Source: an uncultured Acidobacteriota bacterium (lineage in GTDB: Bacteria > Acidobacteriota > Thermoanaerobaculia > Gp7-AA8). From it: a stretch of 64,000 nt of DNA. Below are positions 24,707-33,331 of the stretch, one piece after another. Numbering within the stretch: position 1 is the first letter of the stretch; the number at the start of each line of letters is the position of its first letter. Both the position numbers and the translations under genes were made by a program. The DNA is taken from contig CAVUKB010000010.1 in NCBI GenBank assembly GCA_963741955.1, positions 192,001 to 256,000 on the forward strand, written 5' to 3'. The notes beneath the pieces were generated by a model. That model was given only the letters and a program-made list of their open reading frames with translations, was not told the DNA's origin and made no database searches.

Positions 24707-24794
24707 CGTCCCACTGGGATCGAGGGTCGCTGCAAGGTATCGCTGGATCGGACTCGAGTGCAGGGCCACGACAATTGTTGAGGAGAAGTCGCCG

Positions 24795-25445
24795 ATGAGA
24801 CATCAGATGGCATACAGAAAGCTCGGCCGGACCTCGAGCCACCGCTCGGCATTGTTCCGGAACCAGCTTGCCGCCATGATCGAGCACGAACGCATCATCA
24901 CCACCCTCCCCAAGGCGAAGGAGCTTCGTCCGCTCGTCGAGAAGCTCGTCACTCTCGGCAAGCGCGGGGAAGTTCACGACCGCCGTAATGCCGCGCGGTC
25001 GGTTCAGGACGATTCGCTCATCAAGAAGTTGTTCGATGTGATCGCTCCCCGCTTCTCGAGCCGGGAAGGGGGATACACCCGGATCATCAAGCTCGGACCG
25101 CGCCGAGGCGACGCCGCCGAAATGGCCATCCTCGAGTTCGTCGACTACGAGGGAACCGAAGGAGCCGAAACCGAGAGGCCCCAGAAGGGTGCCTCCAGGT
25201 CGAAAAAGGCTTCAACCAAAAAGCAGCAGGAGAAGCCGGCCACCGAAGAGGGTGAAGCAGTTGCGGAGGAGAAGCCGAAGAAGTCCGCTCCCCGAAAGAA
25301 GACGGCCGCGAAGAAGTCTTCCTCCAAGGGAGGCGCAAGATCTTCTTCCAAGGGAGGCGCAAAGTCTTCCGGCAGCAAGGCCACGGCAAAAACCCGCAGT
25401 TCGGCCGCCAAGCCGAAGACTCAGCGGACGAAGAAGGGCCAATAG
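24795..25445 (+). CDS. rplQ: 50S ribosomal protein L17 with a long charged C-terminal tail
   Basis: [32 protein letters not shown]; about 99 extra residues. Confidence 0.98.
   Translation: MRHQMAYRKLGRTSSHRSALFRNQLAAMIEHERIITTLPKAKELRPLVEKLVTLGKRGEVHDRRNAARSVQDDSLIKKLFDVIAPRFSSREGGYTRIIKLGPRRGDAAEMAILEFVDYEGTEGAETERPQKGASRSKKASTKKQQEKPATEEGEAVAEEKPKKSAPRKKTAAKKSSSKGGARSSSKGGAKSSGSKATAKTRSSAAKPKTQRTKKGQ
25317..25370 (+). repeat. 24-nt tandem repeat (2 and a bit copies) encoding SSSKGGA[RK] in the L17 tail
   Basis: tcttcctccaagggaggcgcaaga / tcttcttccaagggaggcgcaaag / tcttcc. Confidence 0.85.
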
Positions 25446-25474
25446 CATCTCGAATCGAAGCTCTCGCTGGAACG

Positions 25475-25506
25475 AAAGCCCGCCGGAAGGCGGGCTTTTC
25501 CTTTTC
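25475..25506 (+). terminator. Intrinsic terminator ending the ribosomal protein cluster
   Basis: AAAGCCCGCC-GGAA-GGCGGGCTTT followed by TCCTTTT. Confidence 0.85.
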
Positions 25507-25654
25507 AGCCTATCCAAAGTTAGGGGCGATTTCTCTCCGGACGGTACTACCTCGCGACGTATTTTCGATGCTATTTTCTACGCATCCATGTGATCGCATC
25601 AGAGCTCCGGGGCCGGCAGCCCCGGGGGCTCGTTGTGTCAGGCAGGACGAGCAT

Positions 25655-26161
25655 ATGAATCAGACGTCGAGAGTCGAACGCGGATTTACCTTGATCGAGT
25701 TGCTGATCGTCGTTGCGATCATCGGGATCCTCGCGGCGATCGCGATTCCGAACCTCATCAACGCCATGCAACGGGGAAAACAGAAGCGAACCATGGCCGA
25801 TATGCGGAGCATCGCCGTGGCGTGGGAGATGAGAGCCACCGACGCACAGACCTACAATGCGGCCGCGGCTGCGAGTTTCCCCTCGTCCGATGTAGGCGAG
25901 ACGAACCTGATCCAGGCCCTTCAACCGACCTACATCAGAGCATTCCCGGCAGAGGACGGCTGGGGCAATCCGTACAATTTCCGCGCGGACCAGGCGTGGG
26001 GCGCCACTGCTACCGCGCACGAGTACGCGATCGTATCTGCCGGGCGGAATGGTTCACTCGAAGAGATGCCGCTGGCTCCGACGCCGACTACCAGTTTCGA
26101 CTGCGACATCGTCTACTCGAACAGCTCGTTCTTGCAGTGGCCGGACGGCGTGCAGCAGTAG
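25655..26161 (+). CDS. Prepilin-type N-terminal cleavage protein (GspG-like pseudopilin)
   Basis: RG|FTLIELLIVVAIIGILAAIAIP class III signal; DGWGNPY and IVSAGRNG GspG-like motifs. Confidence 0.9.
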   Translation: MNQTSRVERGFTLIELLIVVAIIGILAAIAIPNLINAMQRGKQKRTMADMRSIAVAWEMRATDAQTYNAAAAASFPSSDVGETNLIQALQPTYIRAFPAEDGWGNPYNFRADQAWGATATAHEYAIVSAGRNGSLEEMPLAPTPTTSFDCDIVYSNSSFLQWPDGVQQ

Positions 26162-26716
26162 CTACTTCACCAGCTTCGAGATCGCTCTGAATTCGTCCGT
26201 CCCGGAAGTGACGGTCATTTCGAAAAGGGCCATTTCCGTCGAGGTGAGTTTCGCTCCTTCGTCCGTCATTCGAGCGATCGCGATTTCGCGGTTACCCGCG
26301 GTGCGTGAGGAGACTGCGTCGGCGACGAGGTGAACCTCGAATCCACGCGCGAGCAGATCCAGAGCGGTCTGGTACACGCAGACGTGTGTCTCGATTCCGC
26401 ACAGGAGAATCTGCCGCCGGTTCAGCGACTCGAGCTTCGTTTCGAATGGTTCGAGACCGCACGACGAAAAACACAGCTTTTCCATCGGTTCGTATCCGTG
26501 CGTTTCGGTGAACGCGGTGCGGATGATCTCGGTCGTCGGTCCCAGTCCCTTCACGTACTGCTCCGTCAATAGAGCGGGAATGCCGAGTACGGCGGCGCCC
26601 CGAATCAGACGCTCGATGTTCCGTTGTACGTCGATGATCCGGTCAATCACCCGCGCGAGCTTTTCCTGGACGTCGATGACCACCAGGACTGCGTTCTCTT
26701 TCGAGAGCTTCTGCAT
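26162..26716 (-). CDS. Isochorismatase-family (YcaC-like) cysteine hydrolase
   Basis: VIDVQEKL, TEQY, EKLCFS, GIETHVCVYQT; only the C-terminal 184 aa of the track ORF are considered real. Confidence 0.9.
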   Translation of the reverse strand: MQKLSKENAVLVVIDVQEKLARVIDRIIDVQRNIERLIRGAAVLGIPALLTEQYVKGLGPTTEIIRTAFTETHGYEPMEKLCFSSCGLEPFETKLESLNRRQILLCGIETHVCVYQTALDLLARGFEVHLVADAVSSRTAGNREIAIARMTDEGAKLTSTEMALFEMTVTSGTDEFRAISKLVK

Positions 26717-26748
26717 CTTTTCCACCTGCCTGTCGTCCGCTCCGACAG

Positions 26749-29304
26749 TCACTGACTGCTGCCGGCAATGCGGAGCAGATCGTCTTCGAGCCTTCCTTCG
26801 GGCTCTTCCACGATGCGTCCGATCTCGCGATCGCCGCGATAATAAATGAACGTTGCCACCTTCTGGACGTCTTTCCCTTCGAGGAGAGCCGATGGTTGAT
26901 CCTTCGCGCGATTGACCGCGACATACGACGCGGAAAGAGTCACTCCCGAATTCCGCTGCAACTCCTCGACGATGCGCAGGAAGTGGGGCACTTCTCTCTG
27001 ACTGTCGGTGCACCAGGTTCCGAGAATCACCTCCACCCGGTCGCCCTCCTGGATGCTCGAAGCGAGCATCTGAAGGACCGCGGGATCGGGGATGTAGGCG
27101 TCCTTTCGTTCGATGTACTCGGGAATGACCTGCAGGAGGTGCTCCGCGGTGGTGCTTCCGACCTCGGTCGGGAGAGGAATCGTCTGCACGCTCCCGACGT
27201 CGGAGGTCGACGGCATCGTTCCCGCGTCGATCTCGATCCGTTTCACGACGTCTCCGCGTTCGAGCTGGTCGACCACGCCGCTCATTCCGCCGACCACCCG
27301 CGCGAAGATCGTGTAGCCGCCGTCGAGATGAGGCTGTGGCGAATGAGTGATGAAGAACTGCGAGCCACCGGTATCCGGTCCCGACAGGGCCATCCCGACC
27401 GCGCCGCGGGTGTACTTCTGCATGTTGATCTCGTCCCGGATGGCATATCCAGGTCCGCCGTTCTGATCGTTTCTCGGATCTCCCCCCTGGATCACGAAGT
27501 TCGGAACGACCCGCATGAATGTCGTCCCGTCGAAGTAGCCACTCTTTGCGAGCGAAGCGAAATTCCATGCGGTCATCGGCGCATCCTGCGGGAGGAGCAG
27601 GAGATCGATCGTGCCGCGGGGGAGCGACAGTCGCGCGGTATGAGGTTTTCTCGACCATTCAACGATCTGAAGATAATCCGAGAACGGACGGTCGATCGGG
27701 AGAGGTGTGAACTGAGGCCGCGGCTCGTGGAGTTTCTCCACCATCAATTCCGCGGTCACCTGCCGTACCACCGGGTCGCGGTCGGTGATCAGGCGCCCGA
27801 GCATATTCTTCCGCCGTGGATCTTCGATTCCCGCGAGACCGCGAATCGCTGCGAGACGCGCGTCGTCCAGAGTGTCGGTGCGTCCTCTCTCTTCGGCCGC
27901 AGTGAAGAGGTCGAACATTTCGTCCGCAGGGACCGAGTGGGACGACGAGAGTCGGTCGAGTGCGGTGGCGCGGACGATTGGATCGGGGTCGTCGATCTCT
28001 TTCCGGACGGTCGCGATCTCCGCGTCCAGGCGCGAGGCCGGAATCGTGGAGATCACTGCGGTCCGGACTGCGGCGTCCGGGTCGGAGGCGAATCGCGCGC
28101 GAAGCCCGGTCCCTTTCTCGGAGTCGGCCGACCCCTCGAGCGCACGGATGCGGATCCAGCGCGAGTCCGTCTGCAGGAGCGCGTCGAGAGGAGAGTCAGC
28201 GTCGTCTGCGAGAAACTTCGCGACGGCGGCAGTGGCGACTTCCCGCTCCCACGACGACCCGGATGTTGCCAGCGCAATCAGGCGTTCGCGAGCGGGAGGG
28301 TAAACCGCCGCAAACCTGCCGAGCAGCGGAATCGCTTCGATTCGCGTTCCGGCGTCCGGGTCGCGCGACGTGGAGAGAATCCGGGCCAGAAATTCGGCAT
28401 TGGCCGGGCGGTGCACGAGAGAGGGAGTCTTGTCGATGATGGCACCGAGGGCGCGTGCGGCATTGGTGCGCACCCAGGGATGGGGATCGCCCAGGAGCCT
28501 CGAGACCGCGTCGATGGACGTGGGATCTGCGATCAGCCCGAGGGCGCGTGCGACATAGGCTCGGGTGAGCGTATCTCCGTCGGTGGTGAGGAGCTCGAGA
28601 CGCTGACGAGCGGGTGGAAATGCTCGCCTCGAAAGCGTGTAAGCGGCTTCACGCCGGATCACCGCAGCGGGATCGGCGAGAGCGTCGCTCGCCAGGAGAG
28701 AAGCGTCGTCCGATCCGAAGCGGAAAAGATAGGTGTACGCGCGCGCTCGGACTCCTTCCGGATGTGGGGAAGAAAGAAAGGGTCGGTATGAATCGAGCGG
28801 CACGTCGTGAGCCATCTTCGAGAGTGCCTCGACGGCCTCCGAGGCGACGTCCGGCTGCTGCGCGTCGCTCCCCGCTCCCAGAAGGGTCGGGATGGCGGAG
28901 GAATCGCCGATCTCCCCGAGGGCGAAAGCTGCCGTTCGCCGGACCGAGGTATCGGGATCGGTGGCCAGGCGCTCGACAATTGCCACTCCGGCGCGCTTCT
29001 CACCGGGGTCGAGGACTCCGTTTCCGTTCGCATCGACGAACGTCGAAGGGCCGATCCGTCCCAGCGCCAGTGCGACTCTCGCCCGGACTCGAGGGTTTGC
29101 ATCGGTCGAGAGAGTCTCGAAAAGATCCTGATCGAACTCTCGCCGGTCTTCGAGACGGAGAATCCGGGCTTCCTGATGCTCCGTGAGGCCTGGTGAGGCT
29201 GTCGGCGCCGGCGTTTGGATCCATGTCGCAGGAGATGGAGCGGACGTGCAGGCGAAGGAGAACAGCAGGAGCGAGGCTGAGCAGAGGGCCAGGTTACGAG
29301 TCAT
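26749..29304 (-). CDS. Lipoprotein with HEAT repeats, cyclophilin-type PPIase and C-terminal thioredoxin-like domain
   Basis: Lipobox SFA-C; repeated DPDxxVRxxAAxALG units; FMRVVPNFVIQGGDP and GSQFFITH; VILGTWCTDSQREVP ... VATFIYYR. Confidence 0.85.
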   Translation of the reverse strand: MTRNLALCSASLLLFSFACTSAPSPATWIQTPAPTASPGLTEHQEARILRLEDRREFDQDLFETLSTDANPRVRARVALALGRIGPSTFVDANGNGVLDPGEKRAGVAIVERLATDPDTSVRRTAAFALGEIGDSSAIPTLLGAGSDAQQPDVASEAVEALSKMAHDVPLDSYRPFLSSPHPEGVRARAYTYLFRFGSDDASLLASDALADPAAVIRREAAYTLSRRAFPPARQRLELLTTDGDTLTRAYVARALGLIADPTSIDAVSRLLGDPHPWVRTNAARALGAIIDKTPSLVHRPANAEFLARILSTSRDPDAGTRIEAIPLLGRFAAVYPPARERLIALATSGSSWEREVATAAVAKFLADDADSPLDALLQTDSRWIRIRALEGSADSEKGTGLRARFASDPDAAVRTAVISTIPASRLDAEIATVRKEIDDPDPIVRATALDRLSSSHSVPADEMFDLFTAAEERGRTDTLDDARLAAIRGLAGIEDPRRKNMLGRLITDRDPVVRQVTAELMVEKLHEPRPQFTPLPIDRPFSDYLQIVEWSRKPHTARLSLPRGTIDLLLLPQDAPMTAWNFASLAKSGYFDGTTFMRVVPNFVIQGGDPRNDQNGGPGYAIRDEINMQKYTRGAVGMALSGPDTGGSQFFITHSPQPHLDGGYTIFARVVGGMSGVVDQLERGDVVKRIEIDAGTMPSTSDVGSVQTIPLPTEVGSTTAEHLLQVIPEYIERKDAYIPDPAVLQMLASSIQEGDRVEVILGTWCTDSQREVPHFLRIVEELQRNSGVTLSASYVAVNRAKDQPSALLEGKDVQKVATFIYYRGDREIGRIVEEPEGRLEDDLLRIAGSSQ

Positions 29305-29399
29305 TCCATCCTCTCGGAGCACGAAACGGACGCCCGCCTGCGCTCCCGGCATCTTATCGAATCTCAACCTGAGTGCGGGAACGGTCATTCCGATTTCAG

Positions 29400-29945
29400 T
29401 CAGTCCACTCCCGAGACACCGCCGGAGACGACGAACGCCATCACTCTCGAGCTCTCCGCGTCGATTGGAGAGATCCTCTCGGTCGGAACCACCAGCAGAT
29501 TACCAGCGAAGTTGTATGACTGCGGAAGGTACACTGCGACGTGACCCTCGATCCGGAGGAACTCGAGGTCCTGACGGGTGACGAACCCGACCACTTTCGC
29601 GTCGACCACGTCCGAGAGCTGCACCAGGACAGGACGATCGAACCGCTTCTGGTCTCCGACGAACGCTTCGATCAGGTCGCGCACCGACGAATAGACGATC
29701 TTCACGATCGGCGCTCGTTTGAACAACCGGTCGGGGAGCGCCAGAAGCCTGCGGCCGATGAAATTCGAAGCCGCAGCGCCGACAGCCAGGACCACTGCAA
29801 TGGTGACCAGGAAACCCACACCCGGGAAAGGAAACGGGATGAGACGGTCGACGGTGACGAACGCTAGGTAGAAAACGTAGCCCGTGATCACGATCGGTAC
29901 GACGATCACCACTCCACGGAAAAAGTACTTCGCGATCAGATTCAT
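29400..29945 (-). CDS. DUF502 family membrane protein
   Basis: YFFRG, PIVKIVYSSVRDL, VYLPQSYNFAGNL, FVVSGG. Confidence 0.85.
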   Translation of the reverse strand: MNLIAKYFFRGVVIVVPIVITGYVFYLAFVTVDRLIPFPFPGVGFLVTIAVVLAVGAAASNFIGRRLLALPDRLFKRAPIVKIVYSSVRDLIEAFVGDQKRFDRPVLVQLSDVVDAKVVGFVTRQDLEFLRIEGHVAVYLPQSYNFAGNLLVVPTERISPIDAESSRVMAFVVSGGVSGVD

Positions 29946-30154
29946 CGATTCACTCCTGGTGTCATGGTGTCGCGCGGCGCCGCACCACGCGACACGTCAC
30001 GGCTCGACTTCCGGAACCAGTCCGGAGGCCCTCGCGCCCCCTCTGACGAACATTCTTGGGCGACATCATCGACGACTCGGGGCGGCCCGCGCAAATCCGA
30101 GAGCGAGCCGAAAGGTGTGTGGCCGGGAAAGAGAATCTGGTCCGGCCGGACGAG

Positions 30155-30183
30155 TTGTCACGGTTGAGGAAACCTGCTAGAAA
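30155..30183 (+). promoter_or_regulatory. Putative sigma70 promoter of rfbB
   Basis: TTGTCA-17 nt-TAGAAA with an extended TG. Confidence 0.45.
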
Positions 30184-30230
30184 GCAGCGACCGAACCGGC
30201 GGACAGCCGGCAGCGAACAGGAAAGAAAGT

Positions 30231-31259
30231 ATGCGTTATCTCGTCACGGGCGGTGCAGGTTTCATCGGGTCGAACTTCATCCGGTATCTCTTCGGTCGCT
30301 ACGGCGACGAGGCGACTGTAGTCAACCTCGACAAGCTGACTTATGCCGGGATACGGGAGAACCTCGCCGAATTCGAAGGCCGTCCGAACTACCGTTTCAT
30401 GCAGGGCGACATTGCGAACCCGGAGGACGTTGCTCGTGCGTACGAGGGAATCGACGGGGCCGGCATCGAAGTCGTGGTGAACTTCGCGGCGGAAACGCAC
30501 GTCGACCGCTCCCTGATGGAAGCGGGGACGTTCATTCAGACGGACGTCCACGGGGTCCTGGTCCTGCTGGAAGAGGCACGAAAGCACGCTCCTTCTCTCC
30601 GTCGTTTCGTCCAGATCTCCACGGATGAAGTCTACGGATCGATCGAAGAAGGTTCATTTCGCGAGACCGATCCCCTGAACCCGCGCAATCCGTATGCGGC
30701 GTCCAAAGCCGGTGGTGACCGGATGGCATATGCGTACGGGCAGACGTATGAGCTGCCGGTGGTCGTCACACGTGCGTCGAACAATTTCGGCGCTTACCAG
30801 TATCCGGAGAAGCTGATTCCTCTCTTCGTCACCAACGCAATCGACGACCAGCCGTTGCCCCTGTATGGCGACGGAAGGAACATCCGTGACTGGCTGTTCG
30901 TCGATGACCACTGTGCGGCGGTCGACTTCCTGATCGAGCATGGTGCGAACGGCGAGGTGTACAACATAGGCGGCGGCAATGAACGCGAGAATCGCGAGAT
31001 CACCCACCGCATTCTCCAGATTACGGGCAAGCCCGAATCGCTGATCCGGAAGGTCGCAGACCGGCAGGGGCATGACCGTCGTTACTCGCTCGACAGCAGC
31101 AAACTCGCTGCGCTCGGTTTCCGCTGCGACACGCCGTTCGATCAGGCTCTGGAGAGCACCGTTCGCTGGTACGTCGAGAACGAAGCGTGGTGGCGGGCGA
31201 TCAAGGAGAAGAGTGCAGAGTACAAAGCGTATTACGAGAAACAGTACGGGCGGAAGTGA
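30231..31259 (+). CDS. rfbB: dTDP-glucose 4,6-dehydratase
   Basis: VTGGAGFIGSNF, DKLTYAG, AAETHVDRS, STDEVYG, YAASK, GHDRRY. Confidence 0.95.
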   Translation: MRYLVTGGAGFIGSNFIRYLFGRYGDEATVVNLDKLTYAGIRENLAEFEGRPNYRFMQGDIANPEDVARAYEGIDGAGIEVVVNFAAETHVDRSLMEAGTFIQTDVHGVLVLLEEARKHAPSLRRFVQISTDEVYGSIEEGSFRETDPLNPRNPYAASKAGGDRMAYAYGQTYELPVVVTRASNNFGAYQYPEKLIPLFVTNAIDDQPLPLYGDGRNIRDWLFVDDHCAAVDFLIEHGANGEVYNIGGGNERENREITHRILQITGKPESLIRKVADRQGHDRRYSLDSSKLAALGFRCDTPFDQALESTVRWYVENEAWWRAIKEKSAEYKAYYEKQYGRK

Positions 31260-31304
31260 AGAGAGATACGAGTTCCAGAGCCCCGCATCTGCCCGTCGCC
31301 GTCG

Positions 31305-32561
31305 TCAGAGCTGAGGCTTCAGGAGTCCGGCCATCAGCTCCTTGGTCCGCGCCCAGACCGAACGGCGTCCCCATTTAGTCAGTGTGATCTCCATCGAGTT
31401 GGCGAGATCGCGTTCGAAACCCTCTTCCATCCGTGCAGCGATTCGCTCGTCGTACACGTTGACGTTGACTTCGTCGTTCAGACGGAAGCTGCGGACGTCG
31501 AAGTTCGAAGATCCGATGGTCGACCAGATTCCGTCCACCACCATCGTCTTCGCGTGAATCATCGTGTTCTGGTATTCGTAGAGGTGGAGTCCGCGACGGA
31601 GGAGAATGTCGTAGTGCATCCGGCTCGCCTGGCGTGCGATCGGTACGTCCGTCCAGCGGCCGGGAACGATCACCTTGACGTCGACACCGCGCCTGACCGC
31701 GTCCTCGAGCGCCCGGATCATGTCGCGATCGGGGATGAAGTAGGCGCTGGTGATGCGGATGGTTCGGGTCGCACTGACGATCAGCAGCATGTAGAGAAGT
31801 TTCGCTGCGGAAACCCCTTCCGATGGCGACGACTTGGTGATCTGCACGAGATAGGGACCGCAGGGTTCGACCCGCGGAAAGTACGCCGGACCCGGAAGTA
31901 CTTCGCCCCGGCTCTTGAGCCAGTTGTCCATGAAGGCGTACTGCATCTGGGTCACGGCGGGCCCTTCGACGCGGACCACGGTTTCCCTCCAGTGATCGGG
32001 AGAGTCGGCGTCACCCTGCCACAGGTCCGCGATTCCGAATCCTCCACAGAAGCCGATCCTTCCGTCGACGATCATCAGCTTCCGGTGAGTCCGGTGGTTG
32101 ATCCGCGAGAGGTTGTACCAGCGGATCGCGTGATACCAGGTGATCTCGATTCCGTTCTGTGAGAGAAAGTCGATCAAGGCCTTGGACATCGTCGCAGAGC
32201 CGACCGCGTCGAGAATGACCTTGACGCTCACCCCGGCGCGGGCTCGTTCCGCCAGTGCTTCGGCGAACGTCCTCCCCACCTCTCCATCCCAGTAGATGTA
32301 GAACTCCAGGGTAATGGTCTGTTTCGATTCGCGGATCGCTTCGAGCATCGAAGGAAAGAAACGCACCCCGTTCTCCAGCACATCGACGCAATTGCCATCG
32401 AGCAGAGGAGCTCCGGTCATCGCCTCGATGGAGCGGGGAAACGCTTCGTCCCGAACACCGAACTGATGGCGCAGCTGATAGTGAAGCGGCGCTTTCCGTC
32501 GCACGATCGGCAGCGTCGGCCTTCGCGGATACTTCGATGGCTTGTTTTTTCGGAACAGCAT
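31305..32561 (-). CDS. cls: Cardiolipin synthase / PLD-family protein
   Basis: Two HKD motifs (HRKLMIVDG, HAKTMVVDG), GSSNFDVRSFRLNDE. Confidence 0.88.
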   Translation of the reverse strand: MLFRKNKPSKYPRRPTLPIVRRKAPLHYQLRHQFGVRDEAFPRSIEAMTGAPLLDGNCVDVLENGVRFFPSMLEAIRESKQTITLEFYIYWDGEVGRTFAEALAERARAGVSVKVILDAVGSATMSKALIDFLSQNGIEITWYHAIRWYNLSRINHRTHRKLMIVDGRIGFCGGFGIADLWQGDADSPDHWRETVVRVEGPAVTQMQYAFMDNWLKSRGEVLPGPAYFPRVEPCGPYLVQITKSSPSEGVSAAKLLYMLLIVSATRTIRITSAYFIPDRDMIRALEDAVRRGVDVKVIVPGRWTDVPIARQASRMHYDILLRRGLHLYEYQNTMIHAKTMVVDGIWSTIGSSNFDVRSFRLNDEVNVNVYDERIAARMEEGFERDLANSMEITLTKWGRRSVWARTKELMAGLLKPQL

Positions 32562-33076
32562 CAGAAGGTCCGTCCGGCGTGCTGGAGCAGGAAGATCACA
32601 CCGAAGACGATGAGCGCCAGGACCAGAACGGAGATCAGGAAACAGATCACGATCGCGATGACGGCGCCGGCGACGATGTCGCCACCACCGCGCGGAGGCC
32701 GTTTCCGATCACGATGACGGATGACGATGTCGACGTTGCCGACGTTCTCGGTGAAGAAGACGTCGAAAATATCGCCGGCCACCGGAATGGCTCCGACGAT
32801 CATGTCGATGGCGATGTTCATCAGCATCCGCGCGATCCAGCGGAGCGGAACCCGATGGCGGATGGCCCCGATCACGATCCAGAATGAAAGGACTCCGCCG
32901 ATGACGTCGCCGACTCCCGGAATCAACCCGAGCGCGGCATCCAGCCCCACTCTCCGCCGGGTGCCGGGGATCGGAATTGCTGTGTCGAGGAGGACCGCGA
33001 ATCGGCGCAGCGCCACCAGGTCCGGCGGAAGCGCTTCATCCGGTTCGTAGACCTCCGGTATGATCGGCTCACTCAT
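32561..33076 (-). CDS. DUF4112 family membrane protein
   Basis: LLDTAIPIPGT, GLDAALGLIPGVGD, GAIPVAGDIFD; TGATG overlap with cls. Confidence 0.88.
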   Translation of the reverse strand: MSEPIIPEVYEPDEALPPDLVALRRFAVLLDTAIPIPGTRRRVGLDAALGLIPGVGDVIGGVLSFWIVIGAIRHRVPLRWIARMLMNIAIDMIVGAIPVAGDIFDVFFTENVGNVDIVIRHRDRKRPPRGGGDIVAGAVIAIVICFLISVLVLALIVFGVIFLLQHAGRTF

Positions 33077-33331
33077 CTCTGCCCCGACATTATGCAATGC
33101 CCCTGCGCACGGCGGGCAGAACTGTCGTTCCGGTCTCTACTTTGCACCCGGTTCTCGCAACTCGAAAGGGAGAGTGCCGCAAACTCGGAAAGTAACCCTC
33201 GACATCGGACCATGCGAGTCCGTGCAGCCTGCCGCTGACGATGCCGGCGACGTGCGTCTCCGAATGGTTCTCCGTTCAGTCGTCTATACTGGGACGGATC
33301 TCGGATACACCGGAACCGATTGCGGGAGGAT

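Noticed and set aside
25600-25635. Riboswitch upstream of the pseudopilin
   Set aside because: Only a single GC hairpin; no c-di-GMP or other aptamer consensus recognised.
26717-27658. N-terminal extension of the isochorismatase ORF
   Set aside because: Off-frame overlap with the PPIase gene; not a real fusion.
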